DNA from: Eledone cirrhosa
Taxonomy: Eukaryota
Direction: 5' to 3'
DNA: 64,000 nt
Assembly: GCA_964016885.1 (NCBI GenBank)
Contig: OZ024753.1
Span: 1,240,001-1,304,000, forward strand
Shown here: positions 53,201-64,000 of the stretch, one piece after another
Layout of the letters: each line of letters begins with the position of its first letter
Position numbering within the stretch: the stretch's first letter is position 1
Translations under genes and position numbers: made by a program
The notes under the pieces: generated by a model
The model's input: the letters and a program-made list of their open reading frames with translations, nothing else
Databases searched by the model: none
Told to the model about the DNA's origin: nothing

Positions 53201-54119
53201 TGTATAAATGATACATGTTATATATCAATATTGGTGGATTGGCGGTATCGGTAGAGGGTCGGACGCCATGCTTTCCAGCATAGTTATGTCCCTTTACGGT
53301 CCGAGTTCAAATCCAGCCGAGGTTAACTTTGCCTTTCATCCTTACGGAGGCTATAAAATAAAGTACCAGTAATACACTGGGATAATTGCTGGCCTTGTGC
53401 CAAAAGTAGAAACAATGATGATGATGATAGTAAAATAAAAAATATATAATATTTATTGATACTTAGTATTTCACATCTAGAATAAGGAGCAGATATTGCA
53501 ATAGCCTCGGGTTTAAAGGCCCTCAATTCTTCAACAAGCTGCCAAGAAATTTGAGAGATCTGCATTTAAGTAGATATTACTCTTCACCAGAACAGAAGAG
53601 AAGTAAAATGTTTATAAGTGATTAAAAGGGAGGTAATTGTAAACAGTTTTGTAAGCTTAGCAGCCGAAGTATTCGATAAATTTATAGAAGTAACCGAAAC
53701 TGTGTAAATGTGTTTACAAATTTACACATTGACTATTTATTAGACTTGTGAACAGGCGGGGAGATCTCCCACCCACTTTGGGGAGGGTGAGAGATGTTTT
53801 CTCTTGTGAAAATAAGTATGTAAAATCTCCCTAATTTTGCCTCATTTCTTCCCGTTTTGGGGAACTTTTTTTTCCTGGTTTGGGTTTACAGAGGTTGGCA
53901 GGTCTGCATATGAACATGCTAGATTTACGTATTTCCCTATAAATAGATAACATGTAAAATATCTTGAATCGTAGTAATGTTATATAGAGAATTAAGGGAG
54001 AGAACTGTTGCTTCTGTTAAGATTTAGAAGAGATAGATGGGGAAGAAGTGAAGGTGGTGGTGTTAGCCTGTAGAGAGAGCGTAGCAAATGGGGTGGGATT
54101 GTATTAAGGATCTACCTAG

Positions 54120-54532
54120 GATGTTTCTACTTTTGGCACAAGACCAGCAATTAACCCAGTGCTTTATTTTATCGAGACCGTAAAGATGAAATGCAAAGCT
54201 AACCTCGGCAGGATTTGAACTCAGAACGTAAAGGGTCATAACTCTATGCCGCAAAACATGGTGTCTGACGCTCTACCGATACTGCCAATTCACCGCCCTG
54301 AAGAGCATATCAATAATGGTTTCTTATATAGGCACAAGGCCAGCAATTTTGGGGAAGGGAAAAGTCGATTAAATCGACCCCAGTGCGTGACTGGTACTTT
54401 ATTTTATCGACCCCGTCAGGATGAAAAGCAAAGTTAACCCCGATGGGATTTGAACTCAGAACGTAAAGGGCCGAAACTATATTCCGCAAAGCATGGTGTC
54501 TGACGCTCTACCGATACTGCCAATCCACCGCC
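54120..54532 (-). mobile_element. Two adjacent SINE family 1 copies
   Basis: Reverse complement of the family consensus; further copies near 35415, 38885, 41540, 41900, 42870, 51687, 53232, 57610 and 58846. Confidence 0.8.
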
Positions 54533-54918
54533 CGGGGAGCATATGAATAATAAAAAGTATTACACTTAAACGTGTGCATCTATTATCATTATCATTCGAC
54601 TGCAGTAGGAGAGGGCCCAACTCTCCCCTATCAATCGTGGTGGCCCAGTAGTTCGGTGATCATTTCAGATCATCGGCTCAATTTAAATCCTTGGACATAA
54701 TTTGAAACCAGAACACTAAGTGCTGAAACAGATACCGCAAGCGACCTCGTCCAATGCGCATACGATTCCGCTAATACAACTCCAGAGAGTTTTACTTTAT
54801 CGACCCCCGAATGGATGTAAAGCAAAGTTGACCTTGTCAGAATTTCAATGCAGAGCACCGAGAGCTGGAACAAATATCACATGATATTCTATCTGACGCT
54901 CTAATGATTGTTAATTTG

Positions 54919-57160
54919 CACACTACCATCTGGTAGACCACACCGCACTACCAGGTGGTAGATCACACCACACCACCATGTGGTAGACCACACCACACTA
55001 CCAGGTGGTAGACCACACCACACTACCATGTGGTAGACCACACCACACTACCAGGTGGTAGATCACACCAGACCACCATGTGGTAGACCACACCACACTA
55101 CCAGGTGGTAGACCACACCACCCTACCATATGGTAGACCACACCACCCTACCAGGTGGTAGATCACACCACACTACCATGTGGTAGACCACACCACACTA
55201 CCATATGGTAGACCACACCACCCTACCAGGTGGTAGATCACACCACACTACCATATGGTAGACCACACCACACCACCATGTGGTAGACCACACCACACTA
55301 CCAGGTGGTAGACCACACCACACTACCATGTGGTAGACCACACTACCAGGTGGTAGACCACACCACACTACCATGTGGTAGACCACACCACACTACCATG
55401 TGGTAGACCACACCACACTACCATATGGTAGACCACACCACCCTACCAGGTGGTAGATCACACCACACTACCATATGGTAGACCACACCACACTACCAGG
55501 TGGTAGACCACACCACACTACCAATGTGGTATACCACACCACACTACCAAGGTGGTATACCACACCACACTACCAAGGTGGTACACCACACCACACTACC
55601 AAGGTGGTAGACCCCACCACACTGCCAAGGTGGTATACCACACCACACTACCAAGGTGGTAGACCCCACCACACTGCCAAGGTGGTATACCACACCACAC
55701 TACCAAGGTGGTATATCACACCACACTACCATATGGTAGACCACACCACACCACCAATGTGGTATACCACACCACACGACCAGGTGGTATACCACACCAC
55801 ACTACCATGTGGTAGACCACACCACACTACCAGGTGGTAGACCACACCACCCTACCAGGTGGTAGACCACACCACCCTACCAGGTGGTAGATCACACCAC
55901 ACTACCATGTGGCAGACCACACCACACTACCATGTGGTATACCACACCACACTACCAATGTGGTATACCACACCACACTACAAAGGTGGTAGACCACACC
56001 ACACTACAAAGGTGGTAGACCACACCACACTACAAAGGTGGTAGACCACACCACACTACAAAGGTGGTAGACCACACCACACTACAAAGGTGGTAGACCA
56101 CACCACACTACTAAGGTGGTAGACCACACCACACTACTAAGGTGGTAGACCACACCACACTACCATGGTGGTAGACCACATCACACTACCAAGGTGGTAG
56201 ACCACACCACACTACCAAGGTGGTAGACCACACCACACTACTAAGGTGGTAGACCACACCACACTACCATGGTGGTAGACCACACCACACTACCAAGGTG
56301 GTAGACCACACCACACTACCAAGGTGGTAGACCACACCACACTACCAAGGTGGTATATCACACCACACTACCAGGTGTTATATCACACCACACTACCAAG
56401 GTGGTAGACCACACCACAATGTGGTAGACCACACCACACTACCATGTGGTAGACCACACCACACTACCATGTGGTAGACCACACCACACTACCATGTGGT
56501 AGACCACACCACACTACCAGGTGGTAGACCACACCACACTACCAGGTGGTAGACCACACCACACTACCAGGTGGTAGACCACACCACACTACCAAGGTGG
56601 TATACCACACCACACTACCAAGGTGGTAGACCACACCACACTGCCATGTGGTAGGCCACACCACACTACCAAGGTGGTAGACCACACCACACTACCAAGG
56701 TGGTATACCACACCACACTACCAAGGTGGTAGACCACACCACACTGCCATGTGGTAGGCCACACCACACTACCAAGGTGGTAGACCACACCACACAACCA
56801 AGGTGGTATATCACACCACACTACCAAGGTGGTATATCACACCACACTACCAAGGTGGTATATCACACCACACTACCAAGGTGGTATATCACACCACACT
56901 ACCAAGGTGGTATATCACACCACACTACCAAGGTGGTAGACCACACCACAATGTGGTAGACCACACCACACTACCATGTGGTAGACCACACCACACTACC
57001 AAGGTGGTAGACCACACCACACTACCAAGGTGGTAGACCACACCACACTGCCATGTGGTAGGCCACACCACACTACCAAGGTGGTAGACCACACCACACT
57101 ACCAAGGTGGTAGACCACACCACACTACCAAGGTGGTAGACCACACCACACTACCAGGTG
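54919..57160. repeat. 24/25-bp minisatellite CCACACCACACTACCA(T/G/AG)GTGGTAGA, ~90 units
   Basis: Direct reading; mostly 24-mers on the left and mostly 25-mers on the right. Confidence 0.95.
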
Positions 57161-57769
57161 TTATAATTGATAGGTAATATCACCAATGGAAACATTGTTT
57201 CCTTGGTACAATCAGACAATATTTGCCACCTTTACCTTTTTAATTATGCAAAATCTTATTATAAGCAAAATTTAAAACTTTAAACTAACATCAATTATCT
57301 AATATGTAAATTTTAAAAATATGTAACATATGTTACTGATAAAAAACCCCCGCTGAATATTTCAAATTTTATCATGCAAAACAGATTAAAATGACGATAA
57401 AACTCACAGGAATTCAATACTGCAAGTAAATGCAGTTTTAAATAAACTATATAGAACACCTGAGTCATTATATTGGTGTAATTTCACAGACAAAATTGAT
57501 TAATACAAAGATATTTACTGTAGGTCAAAATAAAGTCAGGATTATATAAAGATATTAACCTTTCTTATTTCTCTCTCTTTTGGGGGTTTATTATGTCGTT
57601 TCGTTATGGTCGGTGGATTGGTAGTATCGGTAGAGGGTCGGACGCCAAAATCCCACCGAAGTTAACTTTGCCTTTCATCCTTACGGGGTCGATAAAATAA
57701 AGTACCAGTAATGCACTGGAATAATTGCTGGCCTTGTGCCTAAAGTAGAAATAATTATGTCGTTTCGTT

Positions 57770-58335
57770 ACGGAGTTTGTATATCTCGGTCACAAACTAT
57801 CATCAAACAATGGAATGGTTGCTGTGCAATATTGAATCACTCTAGATTGGGCAGCTTTCAACAGGAACAATGAAGTACTAACATCAAAACGAGTTTCCTA
57901 TCATTTGAAGGCTAAGATCTTTGATACTTACATCCTACCAGTTGTGTTATATGGTCTTGACTGTGTTAATTGGATGACAAGGTCACTTCAGAAGCTCTCT
58001 ACATTCCAGAACCACATCATGAGTCTTATGACTGGCAAGGAGCTCAGCAACAGTATCTGTATCGGTGAGCTGATCGACATTACCAAACTTAGACCAATTA
58101 CATCAATTGTCAAGTCAAGAGTACTAAAACTATACGGCCATATAAAAAGATCAACTCGTGGTGTGAGTAGGTTATGCCTGGGAGGAAGGTTGGCTGGTAT
58201 GAGAAGCAGAGGCCGGCAGCCAAAACGATGGCTTGACAATGTCAACTTATGGACTGGACTTGATCTTTGAACTCTGCTGCTGGTGATCGAACTTTGTGGA
58301 GTGAGATATCACATGTTGATGCGCAGTCTGCAACT
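57770..58335 (+). mobile_element. RTE-group LINE 3' fragment
   Basis: FVYLGH..LGWAAF..KAKIFDTYILPVVLYGLDC..LKLYGHIKR..RSRGRQPKRWLDNV. Confidence 0.85.
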
Positions 58336-59342
58336 GGCTGAGTTCACAAGATAGATGTCTTTTCGTCGACATCTGGAACATTCTGAGACAATTCAGTATC
58401 AACCAGGACAAATTAGTAAAACTGAACTGGACACATGAACAAACCCTTTGAATCTGCACAATCCCAGCCAAACTGAGTCGTATGCTTAGCCTATGTATAG
58501 GGTTTTTATTAACTCGTTTAGCTTCCTTCCATTCTCACATTCTCCTGGGGCTTCCTGCTTTTCTTTGTGCATAGAGTTACCCTCAAAGTCCTTTGATCAG
58601 ATCGTTTATGGTCACCTTTGTCTCAATGCTTTCTCGTTTGATCTGCTTTTTGAGTCTTAATTTCCCTTCTTAAACACAAGATCTCTCTCTCCTGTTTTCT
58701 AGGTGTTGTTCTATTGATGCCCTTCCTCACTCCTGTTCCAAAAAGAAACACTGGCCATATTGTCCTATCTAATGTGGCCCCTAGAACATGAACATAGTAC
58801 AGTTAAATGGTTAAGAAGTTTACTTCACCATTATTAGATCCTCAAGGGCGGTGAATTGGCAGTATCGATAGAGGGTTGGACGCCATGTTTTCTAGCATAG
58901 CTACGTCCCTTTACAGTCTGAGTTCAAATCCCGCCGAGGTTAACTTTGCCTTTCATCCTTACGGGGTCGATAAAATAAAGTACCAGTAATGTACTGGGTA
59001 ATTGCTGGCCTTGTGCCTAAAGTAGAAACAATTGTTAGATCCTCGGTTCGATCCCACCATCCGACATCTTGGACATCTTTACCAGAGATATCGACGACCA
59101 ACGATGGTGATGACAGAATAACAATGATAACACCTATGTAATCAATTCTTGATCATGATGATTGCTTATTTTTTTTTTTTTTTTGTAATCGATCGTATTT
59201 CGTTTCTTTTATATCGCCCCTTCCTCTTTACATGTGGGGCCTGTTGCTAACGTAAGAAAACATTTTAAAAGGTTGACAATTAGATTTTAAATGACAGAAA
59301 GCTAAATATTTTTAGGATGAGGAGGAAATCAAATTTTCAAAA

Positions 59343-59407
<65 letters not shown>

Positions 59408-59543
59408 ACAACATATGTACTTGTCTATACCACACTAATTCGGACTGCCTGAAGAGGTCACAGCCAAAGATGGCTGTCACTGAAATATATATAGCAGTAA
59501 TAAACGAAGCTAAATTTTAAACATTTGACTTTTTATTTAACTT

Positions 59544-59582
<39 letters not shown>

Positions 59583-59585
<3 letters not shown>

Positions 59586-59784
59586 CGAAGGAAGTGTGGT
59601 CAGGAACCAGGTGGACCATAACGTACTAGAGTACTCGATACTATGGGTAGTAGAGTGGGTAATAGGAAAAGAGTCAGGACCCCGACGGCTGAGCTCCGGC
59701 CGTTTCGACAGCTATTTCTGAACGTTCAGAAATAGCTGTCGAAACGGTCAGAGCTCAGCCGTCGGGGTCCTGACTCTTTTCCTA
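59583..59784. mobile_element. Palindromic (TA)n-flanked element, right arm truncated
   Basis: Hairpin centred on tatttctgaac/gttcagaaata; (TA)n on both sides. Confidence 0.8.
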
Positions 59785-60252
59785 TATATATATATATATA
59801 TATATATACATAAATATTAGGGGCGTTGAAAGCATTTCTGAATTAGGGGAGGGGCAAATCTGGTCAATTTAGTCGCAGTGACTAGTTTAGCTGTTGTCAA
59901 ATATCAACCAAGATACAACATTTTAGAAAAACTTCGATATGCGATAAACGTGAAATGTAGATAAATTGAAGCTTATATACAAGTAGATGTGTGTTTTGGT
60001 AGTCTGGGGGGAAAATATAATTATTGGGGGGGGGGGGGGCAGGGAATGGTCCCTCTGACCACCCCAGTTCCACAGCCCTTTAGAGAGAGAGAGAGATATG
60101 TTAGTCCCGGGTTCAATCGGTGGGTGGGGGGGGGGGGGGGGGGTAACTATAGTAAGTAAGGTACTCAATACATTAGGTGCGTATATAAAACAAAATTTAA
60201 TATAGAAATGGCTTCTACAGGACTAGAACTGTTTCATTCGAAGGAAAGTTAT

Positions 60253-60413
60253 TGTGTGTGTGTGTGGGGGGGGGGGGGTGTCTGTGTGTCTGTGTGTGTC
60301 TGTGTGTGAGTCTCTGTGTGTATCTCTGTGTGTGTCTGTGTGTGTCTCTCTCTGTGTATGTGTGTCTGTGTGTGTGTCTGTGTCTGTGTGTATCTGTGTG
60401 TGTGTGTGTATGT

Positions 60414-60454
<41 letters not shown>

Positions 60455-60751
60455 TGTGTGTATGTCTGTGTATGTATGTGTCTGTGTATGTATGTGTCTG
60501 TGTATGTATGTGTCTGTGTGTGTCTCTGTGTGTGTATGTCTGTCTGTGTGTGTCTCTGTGTGTGTCTCTGTGTGTGTGACTGTGTGTCTGTCTGTGTGTG
60601 TGTGTCTGTGTGTGTGTGTCTGTGTGTGTGTATGTGTGTGTCTCTCTGTGTGTGTGTGTCTGTGTGTGTGTCTCTGTGTGTGACTGTGTGTGTGTCTGTG
60701 TGTGTGTGTGTCTGTGTCTGTGTGTGTCTGTGTCTGTGTGTGTGTGTGTCG

Positions 60752-60798
<47 letters not shown>

Positions 60799-60808
60799 TG
60801 TGTGTGTA
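60253..60808. repeat. (TG)n/(TC) compound microsatellite
   Basis: Direct reading. Confidence 0.95.
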
Positions 60809-61494
60809 TAACTTGAAGGTAGTCGGTTGTGTAGCGATTTATTAGTACAATTTATACAATGAATAAAACAGATTTATACAGTACTAAAAATAAAAAAATA
60901 AGGAAAGATGGAGCGAGAGAAGGTCTGTATATTGAGTCACACATCACAACAAGTGATGCAGGCGCTTCCTTCTAATAATTCTTTGGAGGAAACCAACATT
61001 CAGCATCGCCGCGGATGAGTTTAACGCAGAAATAATTCATTGGTTATAAAACACGACTAGAATTAGATACAAATATAAATATAAAATCGAATATGGAAAA
61101 AAAAAAAAAAAATGTTCTAACAACTACAACTGAGAAACACTTGTTTGAATAAAAGGAAGAATTTTTCAACAGAATTAATGAGTTATTTGTAACTGAAGGA
61201 TTACGAATGTACATAATTAAATAATGACATTACAACCAAACATATGCAGTCGATATTCAATCACTATGTTTACCTCCTCCCTCTGATTTCATTATTTCCG
61301 AAGCCGACTACATTTTCCGCGGTATTAGATGTGATCACCGCCCACATTACTTCTGTAAAATAACAACAACGCCGTTTCTCACACCAGCAACTGCCATATG
61401 TCTGTGTGAAGACTTGAAGGTAAAATATTAGAAGCTTTCTATTAACTATTTCAGTTTTTTAATCTTATATAGTTACATATAGTTAGACGGGTGC

Positions 61495-62046
61495 GTGCAC
61501 ACACACACATACATACATACATACACACGCTTGCATACAAATACACACAAACACACATGTATTCATACGTACATACAAATATGCATATGTACATACATAC
61601 ATACAAATATGCATATGTACATACATACATACATACAAATATGCATATGTACATACATACATACATACATACAAATATGCATATGTACTTATACATATAT
61701 ACATACATACAAATATGCATATGTACATACATACACACATACATACAAATATGCAGATGTACACACATACATACATACATACATACATACAAATATGCAT
61801 ACGTACATGCATACATACAAATATGCATACGTACATACATACATACAAATATGCATATGTACATACATTGCATACATAAACTATATAAATATATACATAC
61901 ACACATACACACATGCCCATACATGCATACAAAACACTATATAAATATATACATACATACACACATGCAACTATGCACATACATGCATACATAACACTAT
62001 AAATATATACATACATACGTATATACATACATAAATACATATATAT
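61495..62046. repeat. (TACA)n-based minisatellite with aaatatgcatatgtac units
   Basis: Direct reading. Confidence 0.9.
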
Positions 62047-62187
62047 GTGTATGATTATCTAGTCCATGTACTTTGGCAGGGTCACACAGTCAGTCAAAAC
62101 ACACGCACGCACATAAGCACAAACACGTATATACATGTATATATCTATATAAGAAGCACGATTAAATTATCAGGTGCGTTTGAGAAA

Positions 62188-62460
62188 TATAACGAAGGAA
62201 GTGTGGTAAGAAACCAGATAGACCCCATAACGTACCAGAGTACTCAATACTTAGGGTAGTAGAGTAGGTAATAGGAACGAGTAGGACCCCGACGGCAGAG
62301 CTCAAGCCGTTTCGACGGAGTCCAGAAATAGCCGTCGAAACGGCTTGAGCTCTGCAGTCGGGGTCTTACTGGTTCCTATTACCCACTCTACTACCCTAAG
62401 TATTGAGTACTTTGGTGCGTTATGGTCCATCTGGTTCCATACCACACTTCCTTCGTTATA
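62188..62460. mobile_element. Full-length ~270 bp palindromic element; truncated sister copy at 62749-62943
   Basis: tataacgaaggaagtgtggta... / ...taccacacttccttcgttata; centre gccgtttcgacgg..ccgtcgaaacggc. Confidence 0.85.
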
Positions 62461-62583
62461 TATACATATATGTATATATATATATACATATATGTATATA
62501 TATATATACATATATGTATATATATATATACATATATGTATATATATATATATACATATATGTATATATATACATATATGTAC

Positions 62584-62618
<35 letters not shown>

Positions 62619-62719
62619 TACACACGCACGCAAAGATACATATACATGTATATGCATGTATACGTATGTTAATTTTGTCAACTATACATACACACACACA
62701 AACGTGTGTGTGTGTATAT

Positions 62720-62751
<32 letters not shown>

Positions 62752-62939
62752 CGAAGGAAATGTGGTAAGGAACCAGGTGAACCATAACGCACCAAAGTAC
62801 TCAATACTTAGGGTAGTAGAGTGGGTAATAGGAACCAGTAAGACCCCGACGGCTGAGCTCAAGCCGTTTCGACGGCTACTTTAGTCCAGAATTAGCCGTC
62901 GAAACGGCTTGAGCTCAGCCGTCGGGGGTCTTACTGGTT

Positions 62940-63049
<110 letters not shown>

Positions 63050-63417
63050 TATATACGCACGCAAAGATACATATAGAGATACACACACACATATACCTAC
63101 ACAGAGATACATATACGTGTATACCTACACAGAGATACATATACGTGTATACCTACACAGAGATACATATACGTGTATACCTACACAGAGATACATATAC
63201 GTCAATAGGCGTCTTTTTATTTCTTTTTCAATAAACATATGTTTGCATCTGTAATGCTATCATCTTTACCGACAAAAGATGCTGAATGCCTCAACATTAA
63301 AATAGTTGTGTGAAAAGCACGAGTATCATGGAAAAAAAAATCATTTCAGTTAATTTGAACTGTCAACAGTTAAACGAAACTTATTCGTTTCAATAATTCA
63401 ATGAAATCAATTTGGGT

Positions 63418-63866
63418 GGTGGTGGATTTGGCAGAATCGGTAGAGCGACGGACACCATGCTTCGGGGGGCATGGAGTTACGTCCCTTTACGTTGCTAGTT
63501 CAAATCCCGCCAAGGTTAGCCGAGGTTAGCTTTGCATTTCATCCTTACAAGGGTCGTTAAAATAATATACTAATAACGCACTGGGGCCGATTTAATTGAC
63601 TTTCCCCGCTCCCCCCAAAAAATTGCTGGCCTTGTGCCTAAAGTAGAAAGAATTATTATGGCAGAATCGGTAGAGCGTCCGACGCCATGCTTTGCAGCAT
63701 AGAGTTATGGCTCTTCATGATCTGAGTTCAAATCCCGCCGAGGTTAACTTTGCCTTTCATCCTTACGGGGGGTCGATAAAATAAAGTACCAGTCACGCAC
63801 TGGGGTCGATTTAAACGACTTTCCCCCTCCCCCAAAATTGCTGGCCTTGTGCCTATATAAGAAACC
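63418..63866 (+). mobile_element. Two tandem SINE family 1 copies
   Basis: The second copy starts within the (att)n tail of the first. Confidence 0.8.
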
Positions 63867-64000
63867 ATTATTATTATTATTATTATTATTATTGTTTTCA
63901 TTTTTCTTTTATTATTCTCCATTATGGTTAGTTTTATTTTTAACATCGTACGTAATCGGTCGTCGCAAACTGCGGATGCCCGTGTGTGTGCGCGCGTACG

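Noticed and set aside
54919-57160. CRISPR-like array (short palindromic repeats)
   Set aside because: No unique spacers, no cas genes and a eukaryotic context; it is a plain tandem minisatellite

Overview
Eukaryotic, AT-rich and repeat-dominated DNA, most likely from an octopus or other coleoid cephalopod. This assignment is an inference from the SINE families and the dense (TA)n/(TG)n tracts. The only solid host gene is the 3' end of a Na+/Ca2+ exchanger (SLC8/NCX family): five + strand exons from 1189 to 11061 with GT-AG junctions in consistent phase. The rest is a mosaic of tRNA-derived SINEs, LINE remnants (CR1-like, RTE, CRE-like, HERO-like), a Ty3/gypsy gag remnant, Tc1/mariner and pogo derivatives, palindromic elements in (TA)n, Penelope-type minimal hammerhead motifs and five large tandem arrays. 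The most striking structure is a ~19.5 kb fold-back domain (15690-35148) with three nested levels of inverted repeats. It also contains a recent 2.2 kb tandem duplication, an RTE insertion whose empty site is visible in the opposite arm, and two satellites whose seed sequences are still recognisable locally. A 398-unit, indel-free 17-bp satellite with 25-mer and 106-mer higher-order structure begins just after the 3' end of a CRE-like retrotransposon. All alignments were done by eye, so repeat boundaries are approximate to tens of bp.
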